From the NCBI GenBank assembly GCA_049968235.1, contig JBMFRC010000006.1, positions 1 to 64,000 of the forward strand: DNA of 64,000 bases, read 5' to 3'. Below, one piece after another: positions 19,744-29,099 of this stretch. The translations under genes and the position numbers were made by a program. Numbering within the stretch: position 1 is the stretch's first letter; every line of letters starts with the position of its first letter. The DNA comes from Candidatus Hydrogenedens sp. (GTDB lineage Bacteria; Hydrogenedentota; Hydrogenedentia; Hydrogenedentales; Hydrogenedentaceae). Below the pieces are notes generated by a model. The model ran no database searches. It was not told the DNA's origin and saw only the letters and a list, made by a program, of their open reading frames with translations.

Positions 19744-21042
19744 TTATATTGTTTTATTCACCCCACAACATTTCTTAAATTTCTTTCCACTCCCACAGGG
19801 GCATAAATCATTCGGGCTAATATTGAGAAGGGAATTTACTTTTTGCTTTGAACGAATCTCATTCATAATATTTGCAGGTGCCTGCCCTTTACGAAGTTGG
19901 TTAGCCATATATTGCATATAGGCTTCGGTATGTTTGAAGAAATGAATATATCCTTTGCATAAATAGTTCTGCTTTGCATCTTCACCCGGAAGGCTTATAA
20001 AACGATGTTTTGGACAACCTCCATTACAAACAAAGAGATACTTACACCTCCGACATTTATTTGTTAAGTGCGATTTTTCTACTGCAAAATTATTCTGGAA
20101 TTCTGAATTTATCATTTCAGAGAGTGATGTTTCTAAAATATTTCCAAGATAATATTCAGGATATACAAAATGGTCACAGGAATATACATTTCCATTAGAT
20201 TCTAAGATAATTGCTTTTCCACAATTTTTACTATGAACACACAAAGGAGGTTCTATACCCATCCAACCTGCAAGGGTTATATCAAACATCTGTACAAATA
20301 TTTTTCCTACATCCTCCCGAACCCACTCATCAAAAACGGCATTAAGAAAATACCCCCAGTGTTCCGGTAATAATGTCCAATCCGTTGTTTTCGCTTCTTC
20401 GTTCCCCGGATGAACCAGTTTTAACCCATCAGAACGACAATTCCCTATTCTTTCTACAATAGGAATAAATTGCAAGTATTGACTTCCTATTGTTTTTAAG
20501 AATTTATATATTTCTTTTCCTCTCATCCAATTTCTTCGATGAATACAAGTAAGTGTATTAAATTCTACACCCGCTTCTTTTAATAATTGAATTACCTCTA
20601 CTACTTTATTAAATGTTCCATGTCCATTACTATCTATTCTGAACGAATTGTGTATTTCTTCAGGTCCATCGATAGAGATACCCACTAAAAAGTGATTATC
20701 CCTTAGAAAATTTATCCAATTTTCATCTAATAATGTTCCATTTGTTTGTAGCGTATTCAATATTTTTTTAGAACCTTTATACTTTCCCTGTAATTCAATA
20801 ACTTTTTTAAAGAACGGAAGTCCTGCCAGAGTGGGCTCTCCTCCCTGCCACCCAAAAATAATTTCTTCAGCAGGATTATTTTTAATATAGTCTTCTATAT
20901 AATGGTTGAGGACATCATCTGTCATTATTAATTGTTTTGTAAAAATATTCTTCTTTTCGTAATAAAAACAATAGATACATCTTAAATTACAAGCAGGACC
21001 CGCAGGCTTTGCCATTACATGAAAAGGAACTTTTTTTTCCAT
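19744..21042 (-). CDS. Radical SAM / SPASM-domain maturase-like enzyme (anSME family) with C-terminal SEC-C motif
   Basis: CNLRCIYC (CxxxCxxC) lies near the N-terminus. SPASM-type C-terminal Cys clusters are present (CxxxxxC...CRRCKYLFVCNGGCP). The extreme C-terminus is CPCGSGKKFKKCCG, a SEC-C metal-binding motif. Confidence 0.8.
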   Translation of the reverse strand: MEKKVPFHVMAKPAGPACNLRCIYCFYYEKKNIFTKQLIMTDDVLNHYIEDYIKNNPAEEIIFGWQGGEPTLAGLPFFKKVIELQGKYKGSKKILNTLQTNGTLLDENWINFLRDNHFLVGISIDGPEEIHNSFRIDSNGHGTFNKVVEVIQLLKEAGVEFNTLTCIHRRNWMRGKEIYKFLKTIGSQYLQFIPIVERIGNCRSDGLKLVHPGNEEAKTTDWTLLPEHWGYFLNAVFDEWVREDVGKIFVQMFDITLAGWMGIEPPLCVHSKNCGKAIILESNGNVYSCDHFVYPEYYLGNILETSLSEMINSEFQNNFAVEKSHLTNKCRRCKYLFVCNGGCPKHRFISLPGEDAKQNYLCKGYIHFFKHTEAYMQYMANQLRKGQAPANIMNEIRSKQKVNSLLNISPNDLCPCGSGKKFKKCCGVNKTI

Positions 21043-21129
21043 AAGTTTTGCATTATTTGTTATTATATTGTTAACTTATATTATGTAATTATAAGCAAAA
21101 AGAAACCTTAATTATAAAGGAGTTAATAT

Positions 21130-21555
21130 ATGGGATATGAAATTAAAAAGGTAGATGTTTGGTCAGTAGAAATATTAGACCAACCTGGTGGATTAAGTAC
21201 TGTCCTTCAACCTTTAGTGGAGGCAGGTGCTAATTTTAATTTTTTATTAGCCCGTAGAACCTCTTCGGGTAAGGGAGTAGCCTTTTTATGTCCATTGGAA
21301 GGAGCCACTATTCTTAAAAAAGCAAAACAGATGGGCTTTCAGAAGAATAAAGATATTGCAGTGATAAAAATAATCGGACCGGATAAAGCGGGGTTGGGTT
21401 TGCTTATATTGAATACCCTTAGTGCATCAGGAATTAACATTCGGGGTATATCCGCTTCATCTATCGGAAAGAATTGTAATATCTGGATTTCTTTTGATAA
21501 CAGCAAGGATGCAGGTAAAGCATTAAAATTAATCCAAAAAATTCTGGTAAAATAG
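21130..21555 (+). CDS. Tandem ACT-domain small regulatory protein
   Basis: 141 aa with two repeats of an ACT-like beta-alpha-beta-beta-alpha-beta pattern (VEILDQPGGLSTVLQPL...; IKIIGPDKAGLGLLILNTL). A strong AAGGAG RBS is present. It lies upstream of the Cys/Met-metabolism gene. Confidence 0.55.
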   Translation: MGYEIKKVDVWSVEILDQPGGLSTVLQPLVEAGANFNFLLARRTSSGKGVAFLCPLEGATILKKAKQMGFQKNKDIAVIKIIGPDKAGLGLLILNTLSASGINIRGISASSIGKNCNIWISFDNSKDAGKALKLIQKILVK

Positions 21556-21645
21556 TTTCTTCTAATTTCATCTCCCACTTGCTTTTTATTTATAAAAGGG
21601 GATTGATTTAGAATATGTATATTTCCCGGATATTGGAGTTTTTTT

Positions 21646-22878
21646 ATGAGTAAGAAAAAGTCAAAAGCGTTAAATGATAACACAATATTTCACTCTCAAA
21701 CTCTCGGAATGTCAACTCAATCCGTGCATGCAGGTGAAGACCGTACCCGTTATGCGGATTCAATAACCACACCTATTGTTCAGACCAGCACTTATGTGTT
21801 TAAAAATTCTAAAGAAATAGAAGATTATACAAAACATGGAAAAACACGATTTGAATATGGTAGATACGGGAATCCAACTGAATTAGTAGCAGAACGGCGA
21901 CTGTCTGCTTTAGAAGGAGCGGAGGACTGTCTTGTTTTTGGTTCTGGGATGAGTGCAATTACTACAACGATTCTTGCACTGGTTCATAGTAATGACCATA
22001 TTGTTATCACAGATGATGCATACAAAAAAACACTAGAATTTTGCAGTTTGTATCTCCAGAGATTTGGTGTAGAATGCACAATAGTTCCCTTTGGGGATTA
22101 TGATGCTCTTGAGAAAGCAATAAAGCCAAATACAAAATTTATCTTTTCAGAATCTCCGACCAATCCGTATTTAAATATATTTGATCTGGAAAGACTTTAT
22201 ACAATTGCAAAAAAACATGGAGTTTTGACTTTAATTGATTCTACTTTTAGCACACCTTACAACCAAAGACCTTTAGAGTTTGGTGTTGACCTTGTTCTAC
22301 ATAGTTGCACAAAATATCTTGCAGGACATAATGATATATTGGCAGGGGCTGTATTAGGTCGCAGTGAATTAGTTGATAAAGTAAGGAAACTTCATAAAGC
22401 AATGGGAGGAGTTATTGACCCTCATTGTTGCTATCTTCTTTTAAGAGGATTGAAGACCTTTTCATTAAGAATGGAACGGCAAAATAATACTGCTATGTTA
22501 ATAGCACGATTTTTAGAAGGTCATCCCCAAATTAAAAGAGTGTATTATCCGGGATTAGAAAGCCATCCGCATCACCAAATAGCCCAAGCACAGATGAAAG
22601 GATTTGGCGGGGTTGTAACCTTTGATATAAAAGGGAATTTAAATACAGCAAAAAAATTCATGGATTCTTTACAATTATGTTATATTGCCCCAAGTTTAGG
22701 TGGTGTGGAAACACTTATTACTCATCCCGCCCTTGTTAGTTATTATGATTACACACGAAAAGAACGATATGAATTGGGAATAACGGACACCTTATTCCGT
22801 CTGGCTGTGGGGATTGAAGAGCCAGAGGATATTATCGCGGATATTGACCAGGCATTAAAAAAGAGCGTTAAAAAGTAA
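21646..22878 (+). CDS. Cys/Met-metabolism PLP-dependent enzyme (cystathionine gamma-synthase / methionine gamma-lyase / O-acetylhomoserine sulfhydrylase family)
   Basis: 410 aa with a PLP lysine in SCTKYLAGH and the family-wide motifs (YGRYGNPT; GGVETLITHPA). Confidence 0.85.
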   Translation: MSKKKSKALNDNTIFHSQTLGMSTQSVHAGEDRTRYADSITTPIVQTSTYVFKNSKEIEDYTKHGKTRFEYGRYGNPTELVAERRLSALEGAEDCLVFGSGMSAITTTILALVHSNDHIVITDDAYKKTLEFCSLYLQRFGVECTIVPFGDYDALEKAIKPNTKFIFSESPTNPYLNIFDLERLYTIAKKHGVLTLIDSTFSTPYNQRPLEFGVDLVLHSCTKYLAGHNDILAGAVLGRSELVDKVRKLHKAMGGVIDPHCCYLLLRGLKTFSLRMERQNNTAMLIARFLEGHPQIKRVYYPGLESHPHHQIAQAQMKGFGGVVTFDIKGNLNTAKKFMDSLQLCYIAPSLGGVETLITHPALVSYYDYTRKERYELGITDTLFRLAVGIEEPEDIIADIDQALKKSVKK

Positions 22879-22884
22879 TCATAT

Positions 22885-23535
22885 TTATTTATTGGAATTT
22901 TCTTTTGTCCCTGGAGAAGAAGGGGTATCCACACCTTCCAACAACTGTTCTTGAGGGGCAGGTTGTACATGCATCATATGTTGTGGCTGAACAGATTTAA
23001 TAGTTAAGGAACCACCTTCTTTTGCAGGTCCGATATGTGCTTCCGTTATAACATAGAAGAATTTAACACCTTTACCCTTCTGAAGATTTAATGTGCCATT
23101 AATGAGGACAGGTTCTCGATATAAATTGGTCTTTTCATTTTCTGCCATCTGTACAATAACAACATCTCTCATAGGTGGAGCCTGACAAAAATAGCATTCG
23201 ATTGGCAATGGTAGTAGTAAGAATTCCTTTATATTGCGAAATTCATTTAAAGGGACCATGAAACCAACGATATGTATATTCTGCTTATCATAAGGTAAAA
23301 GTTCTTCATCAAAGGTAGGACCTGAACGCATGTTCCCTTTGGTCTTCTGTAACAATTTCCAAGAAATTATATTAATACCTTTTTTCTGTCTTTCCTTTTC
23401 AACTATTTGCCTCCATTTTTCACTTCGTTCTGCCAAACTACTTCGTTCAAAAAAGTTATTCATTAAGGCAACAACAGAAATAATAAAAATGACCCCTACA
23501 AAAATAGTTAAATCTCTTTTTGCTCTAAATCTCAT
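22885..23535 (-). CDS. Membrane-anchored periplasmic accessory protein of the ABC/FtsX module (possibly DUF3299-like)
   Basis: 216 aa with a single N-terminal TM helix. It is the last gene of the ATPase-permease-accessory operon. The DUF3299 assignment is from memory only. Confidence 0.4.
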   Translation of the reverse strand: MRFRAKRDLTIFVGVIFIISVVALMNNFFERSSLAERSEKWRQIVEKERQKKGINIISWKLLQKTKGNMRSGPTFDEELLPYDKQNIHIVGFMVPLNEFRNIKEFLLLPLPIECYFCQAPPMRDVVIVQMAENEKTNLYREPVLINGTLNLQKGKGVKFFYVITEAHIGPAKEGGSLTIKSVQPQHMMHVQPAPQEQLLEGVDTPSSPGTKENSNK

Positions 23536-23553
23536 ATTACTCCAAACTATTTT

Positions 23554-24849
23554 TTATAGCTCCATTAAATCTCTTGCAATATTTCGCTTATAGGCTTGCC
23601 AGGCAGGGATTATTCCTGCTAATAAACCCACCACTGCTACTGTTGCAAATGATGTAATATGTTCTGATGTTAATATAAAAGAAGTTATACTTAATCCATA
23701 TTTCTGGGATAAATAATACCCTACAATACGGGATATAATTCCACCTAAGAGATAGCCCGCCAGGATACCTAATGCAGTTACCCAAAAAGCCTCGATAAGT
23801 ACAGAACCAAAAATCTCTATTCTTGATGCACCTAATGCTCTCATTATGGCTAAATCTCTTCTTCTTTGGATAATGGCTAAGTATAAACCTATCATAATTG
23901 ATAATGCTGATATTATAACAACTAAATACCCCACAGCTAAAAGTACTGTTTTTGCTGTACCCAAAAACTGTTCGAATAATTTAGAAATTTCTTCTACAGG
24001 TGTTGCAGACATTGCTACTGTAGATTCTCTAATCATTTCTCGATATTGGAAACGTAATGCCGGACTTTTTAATTGAACTAAAATAGCAGTAATCATAGAA
24101 TGTGGGTCATTTCCCCACTCTTCATATCTAATATTGCTTTCTTCCTGTAAATTATCGTTTTCTTCATGATTAGTTTCGTGATGTTCCCCATGAATGTCCC
24201 ATACGGAATTGACCGATGTAAAAATAGCCCTATCAAAAGGAGAGTTCGAATAGTCGAATATTCCTACTACCGTATAAGGATTCTGTTCATGCTGATGTCC
24301 ACCTAACATTTCCGGGAGTTTCATAAATCCATGACTACTTATAAAAGTGTCACCAATATTCAAACCTGTTTCTCGTGCTACTAACGCACCTAATACGGCT
24401 TCAAAGGGTTTTTCAAAGATTTTTCCTTCCCTTAATTTAAAGGGATGTCGTTCTTCCCCTGATATAGGGCTTATCCATTTATGTTCAAACAAACTCGCGT
24501 CTGTTCCAACAATTCGAAATCCTTGAAAATTATCTCCAAGAGCAATTGGGTATGCGGATTGTACATACTCTTTATCACTCTTTATCTGCTCATAAACCGT
24601 CCATGGAATATTTCCTGTCGGATTGTCCATAAAATATACACTACTTAAAACAAGTTGTAAGGGACTTCCTTTTGCTCCCACAACCAAATCAAATGCTTGT
24701 CCTTCTTCCTCAAATCTCTTTCTCGTTTCTTCTCTTAAAGTTAGAACCGAACTGATAAGCGCAACTGCTAAAGCTACAGACAAAATAGTCAAAAATGTTG
24801 TAAACTTTCTATTCCATAAATATCCCCATGCTATACCCCATAAAGTCAT
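23554..24849 (-). CDS. ABC transporter permease, FtsX-like (MacB/LolCE family)
   Basis: 431 aa. It has an N-terminal TM helix, a large periplasmic domain and three C-terminal TM helices typical of the FtsX fold. It overlaps the ATPase gene by 4 nt. Confidence 0.8.
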   Translation of the reverse strand: MTLWGIAWGYLWNRKFTTFLTILSVALAVALISSVLTLREETRKRFEEEGQAFDLVVGAKGSPLQLVLSSVYFMDNPTGNIPWTVYEQIKSDKEYVQSAYPIALGDNFQGFRIVGTDASLFEHKWISPISGEERHPFKLREGKIFEKPFEAVLGALVARETGLNIGDTFISSHGFMKLPEMLGGHQHEQNPYTVVGIFDYSNSPFDRAIFTSVNSVWDIHGEHHETNHEENDNLQEESNIRYEEWGNDPHSMITAILVQLKSPALRFQYREMIRESTVAMSATPVEEISKLFEQFLGTAKTVLLAVGYLVVIISALSIMIGLYLAIIQRRRDLAIMRALGASRIEIFGSVLIEAFWVTALGILAGYLLGGIISRIVGYYLSQKYGLSITSFILTSEHITSFATVAVVGLLAGIIPAWQAYKRNIARDLMEL

Positions 24850-25511
24850 ACATCCATCTCCTCATTTACTAAATTTGAACAATCATAAATTTGGGGAAGT
24901 CTTTCAGCTATTGCTCTATCATGGGTTACTAATAACAATGTTAAGTCTTGTTCTTCACAAAGTTTTAATAACAAATCCATAACACTGTTGGCTGTTTTTG
25001 GGTCAAGGCTTCCTGTAGGTTCATCCGCCACAATTAACTTCTGTTTATTAGCAACAGCCCTGGCAATGGCTACCCTCTGTTGTTCGCCCACGCTTAATTG
25101 TGAGGGTTTGTTATTTAATCGATTACCTAAACCAACATAATTTAATAGATTTTTTGCATTCTTTTTCCATTCTATTGCGGGTATTGTATCACTAAAACGC
25201 ATTCCCAATACTACATTTTGTAAAGCGGTAAAAGGGGGAAGGAGATTAAATGTTTGAAATATAAAACCTATATTTTCACCTCGAAATTGGTCTAACTTTG
25301 ATTCGGAAAGGGAGGTTATTTCCACTCCATTGACGACAATTTTACCTCTATCGGGTCTTAATAAACCAGAAATTAAATTTAACAATGTGCTTTTTCCACA
25401 CCCACTTGGTCCCCATAGAGCAATCTTTGATTTAGGTGGTGCATAAAATTTTTCACAATAAAATTTCGTCTTAGGACCTAATTTTATAAAACAATTTTCT
25501 ACTCGAACCAT
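24846..25511 (-). CDS. ABC transporter ATP-binding protein (LolD/MacB-ATPase-like)
   Basis: Walker A GPSGCGKST, the signature LSVGEQQRVAIARA and Walker B LIVADEPTGSLD. Confidence 0.9.
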   Translation of the reverse strand: MVRVENCFIKLGPKTKFYCEKFYAPPKSKIALWGPSGCGKSTLLNLISGLLRPDRGKIVVNGVEITSLSESKLDQFRGENIGFIFQTFNLLPPFTALQNVVLGMRFSDTIPAIEWKKNAKNLLNYVGLGNRLNNKPSQLSVGEQQRVAIARAVANKQKLIVADEPTGSLDPKTANSVMDLLLKLCEEQDLTLLLVTHDRAIAERLPQIYDCSNLVNEEMDV

Positions 25512-25649
25512 AAAATCCTCATAATATTCGTTATATATAACGGAACAAATATTACATGGTAATACAAATTAATACTTTATATCATGGAAACCGTTTTATT
25601 TGCAAATCATGCTAAAATATAAATTTAAGTTATAACAAAAGGGCAGTTT

Positions 25650-28600
25650 ATGAGATTATTTTGTCTATTATATGCTTTTTCCTTTCTCTTTTTTCTTTTA
25701 CTTCCAATTTTCTACTCTTTTTCCGAAGAAATGGATATCAGTACTGAATCCATTGAATCTTTACGTGCTGAAATCCAAAAAGATACTTCTTTATCGGATG
25801 ATTTAAAAAGTTCTGCTGACAAAATGTTAAATGAAACGCTTACATTTATACAATCTTTGAATGATTGGAGTAAAAAATTAGAAGATTTAAACCAGGAGAT
25901 AAAAAATTCTCCTCTGGAAATTAAAAACAATGAAGATTTTCTCTCCGCCCCCCCTAAAATAGAACAACCTATTACTAAAAATTTATCTGTTGATGAAATT
26001 AATCAATATTTAATTCAATCTGAAGCAGAGTATCAGCAAAAGCAATCTGAATTTGAAACTCTTTATAAGGACTTTGAAAATAGAAATGAATATCGCAAAT
26101 CTATTTTATCAAGAATAAGCGATATAAAAAAGCAACTTACATCCTTAAAAGATACCCCATCCACATCTTCTCAAGACCCTCCTTTAATTCAAAAAGCAAA
26201 ACTTCTTTTTAATAATGCTCAAATTTTATCTTTAGAAAAAGAGCAAGAATATTTAAATAAAGAGTTTGATAGTTTTGAACTAAAAACAAACCTAATATCA
26301 TCAAGAATTGAGAAACTTCGATTTGAACTAAGAGAAAAAGAAAGGATTTATAATTTTTGGAACAATGAATTCAATAATAGAAAGCAGGAAGAGGTACAGA
26401 AAAATATTAGTAATTCATTAAATCTCTTAAAATCGTTAACAAAAACAAGTTCATTATTTACTGATGAACTTTCTCTTTTAGCACAGGAAAACTTAAAACT
26501 GGCTTTAAAAGCCCGTGAACCTGATGGTATAGAGAACAAAATATTATCCATAAACGATAAATACAAAAATTATAATCAGGAATACAAAAAGCAGAAAAAC
26601 CAATTAGATTTATTAAAACAAAAGTCATTAACGGAGGTTTCTACATCAGGATGGGCATTTTCTTTACGACAGGAAAAGTCGAAATTACCCAATCCCAATG
26701 ATATAAATAATCTTTTAAAAAATTTTAATAACGAATTGTTATTAATTGAAAATGAATATAATGATTTACTATCAAGAAGGCTAAAAATATCAGAAATTGA
26801 AAATCAGTTATGGAACACATTTAATCAATATACGCAGGATATTTCAGAGTTTGAAAAAAAGAATATAAGAAAATCTATCGATGATTTAATAAAGACACAA
26901 AAGAATATTTTATCTACATTAATTAGTGATTATGAAAACTATATCTCAATGCTATCTCAAACAATAGAGACATTAAATCTTTGGGGACAGCATACTTATG
27001 AATTTAAGAATTTTATTGATGAAAATATTATATGGATTCGCTCTCCTTTTCCTCGTTTAGTTTTATTAAAATCCGAATTCAATAAATTGTATGAAACATT
27101 ACTCCAAATAAACTTATACTCCTATCAAGAATTCATATACAAAATTGTTTTCATCTCTTCTATCGGGCTATTAGGTCTTATTATTTTGGTTCTTTTAAAT
27201 AATCGTTTTGAACAACAAATAGAAACTGCAACTATACAAATAAAAATTCCATTAAATTTTAGTATAAGTAAATTAATCCGCTTTTTATACCTCTATCTGA
27301 TACGGATATTATTAATTCCATTGTGGCTTTTTTTAATTGGTATGTATTTAGATACCTTTTCTCAAGGTGCCGAATTAGTCCACATCATTGCTAATGGACT
27401 AGAATTACTTTTCTTCCCCATTCTTTTCTTTCAAATATTATATACTCTCGTCAGAGTTCATTCTCTTTCTGAAATAATCCTTAAACCTATAAAACATAAT
27501 CTCATTGAATTACGATTTAAATTCCGTATTGCCTTTATCTGGCTAACAATCAATCTTTTTATAATTCTACTCAGTAGTCAACTTATTCCGGAGTTTGTGC
27601 TTGCAGATCTTGTATTTAGAATTTCCTTTTCTTTGTTTCTGTTATCTTCCGCCATCATTTCTTTTTATGTTTCCTTATTTTTAAAGAATAAGAGTCAGTC
27701 TCCTGAATGTAAAAATCAAATTGTAAAATTTATAAGTAACTTTTTGATTATTATATCCATAATTTGTACTTCCCTCGTTATATTAAATTTTACCGGTTAT
27801 AATTACGGGAGTCTTGAAATAACAAAGAAATTATTTTTTACGCTATTTTTCATTACCATTTTTTTTGTTTTATATCGTGTATCGGAAATAACCTTAAATT
27901 ATTATCGCTGGAAGTTTGCATTAAATACATCCATTGCTACTCATACAACATTATCACACTCTATACAGGTAAAAGATTCAAGTTTACAGGAATCATCTTT
28001 ACAGACAGATAACGGAGAAACTTTGTTTTATCATGTAGAGAGATTTATTCGATATTTACTTTTTATACTGTTCTTTGTCGTAACCATCTATATCTGGTCT
28101 GATACATTCCCTGCCTTGACCTATTTAGATAAAATCCATCTTTGGCGTGCTTCTTCTGTAACGGAAGTAATTAATACCGCTAATACACAAACAACCCAGA
28201 GTAATACAGGACAAGTATCTGCACCACCTATGGTGGAAGAGTGGATAAGTTTATTAGACCTTCTGGCATCTGTTATTACAATCATCATTACATTTGTGAT
28301 AATCAGAAACATTTCATTTTATTCAGATTATCTACTTTCAAAATATACTAAGATACAGCATGGTGAACGATATGCTATCATTACTTTATCTAAATATATC
28401 ATTTTTACAATTGGTTTTTTAATTTCTTTGGGGTTAATTAATATTACATGGAACAAAGTTCAATGGCTTGTAGCAGGTTTAGGCATAGGTTTCGGATTTG
28501 GATTGCAAGAAATTGTTGCCAATTTTGTCTCAGGATTAATAGTTCTTTTTGAAAGACCTTTGCGAATAGGTGATATTGTTACTATTGGAGATATTTCTGG

Positions 28601-29099
28601 AAAAGTCAAATCTCTACAAATGCGTTCAACAACCATCGTCAATTGGGACAATAAGGAACTGATAGTCCCAAACAAAGATTTGCTTACCCAGCAATTAATT
28701 AATTGGACAAGAAATGAACCCAAAATCCGTTTATGTATTCCGATTGGTGTAAGTTACCATTCAGATATAAACAAAGTTATCTCTATCTTAACAGAAATAG
28801 GACAGTCGCATCCTTTTGCAGAAACAGACCCACCTCCACGTGCCTATTTCTTGCGATTTGGTTCCAGTTCATTAGATTTTGAACTTCGTCTTTTTACTCA
28901 TTCGTCCTATTATTTAGACATACAACATGAATTATTATGTACCATATTTAACCGATTTAAAGAAGAAAACATTGAAATTTCCTATCCTCAATTAGATGTT
29001 CACATACGAAGTGAACATAGACTAACCGACAATAATAATGATTTGAATACAAGAGAACTTAATGATACTCAAGAATTAGCAAAAGATGAGCCAAAATAA
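25650..29099 (+). CDS. MscK/KefA-like large mechanosensitive channel (MscS family)
   Basis: 1149 aa. It has a signal peptide, a ~450 aa periplasmic coiled-coil region and about 11 TM helices. The C-terminal MscS domain carries GLQEIVANFVSGLIVLFERPLRIGDIVTIGDISGKV. Confidence 0.8.
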   Translation: MRLFCLLYAFSFLFFLLLPIFYSFSEEMDISTESIESLRAEIQKDTSLSDDLKSSADKMLNETLTFIQSLNDWSKKLEDLNQEIKNSPLEIKNNEDFLSAPPKIEQPITKNLSVDEINQYLIQSEAEYQQKQSEFETLYKDFENRNEYRKSILSRISDIKKQLTSLKDTPSTSSQDPPLIQKAKLLFNNAQILSLEKEQEYLNKEFDSFELKTNLISSRIEKLRFELREKERIYNFWNNEFNNRKQEEVQKNISNSLNLLKSLTKTSSLFTDELSLLAQENLKLALKAREPDGIENKILSINDKYKNYNQEYKKQKNQLDLLKQKSLTEVSTSGWAFSLRQEKSKLPNPNDINNLLKNFNNELLLIENEYNDLLSRRLKISEIENQLWNTFNQYTQDISEFEKKNIRKSIDDLIKTQKNILSTLISDYENYISMLSQTIETLNLWGQHTYEFKNFIDENIIWIRSPFPRLVLLKSEFNKLYETLLQINLYSYQEFIYKIVFISSIGLLGLIILVLLNNRFEQQIETATIQIKIPLNFSISKLIRFLYLYLIRILLIPLWLFLIGMYLDTFSQGAELVHIIANGLELLFFPILFFQILYTLVRVHSLSEIILKPIKHNLIELRFKFRIAFIWLTINLFIILLSSQLIPEFVLADLVFRISFSLFLLSSAIISFYVSLFLKNKSQSPECKNQIVKFISNFLIIISIICTSLVILNFTGYNYGSLEITKKLFFTLFFITIFFVLYRVSEITLNYYRWKFALNTSIATHTTLSHSIQVKDSSLQESSLQTDNGETLFYHVERFIRYLLFILFFVVTIYIWSDTFPALTYLDKIHLWRASSVTEVINTANTQTTQSNTGQVSAPPMVEEWISLLDLLASVITIIITFVIIRNISFYSDYLLSKYTKIQHGERYAIITLSKYIIFTIGFLISLGLINITWNKVQWLVAGLGIGFGFGLQEIVANFVSGLIVLFERPLRIGDIVTIGDISGKVKSLQMRSTTIVNWDNKELIVPNKDLLTQQLINWTRNEPKIRLCIPIGVSYHSDINKVISILTEIGQSHPFAETDPPPRAYFLRFGSSSLDFELRLFTHSSYYLDIQHELLCTIFNRFKEENIEISYPQLDVHIRSEHRLTDNNNDLNTRELNDTQELAKDEPK

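Noticed and set aside
21556-21645. Possible SAM or T-box riboswitch upstream of the Cys/Met-metabolism PLP enzyme
   Set aside because: I read the 90-nt leader and the leader of the ACT-domain gene. No SAM-I/SAM-II conserved cores or T-box specifier/antiterminator sequences are present.
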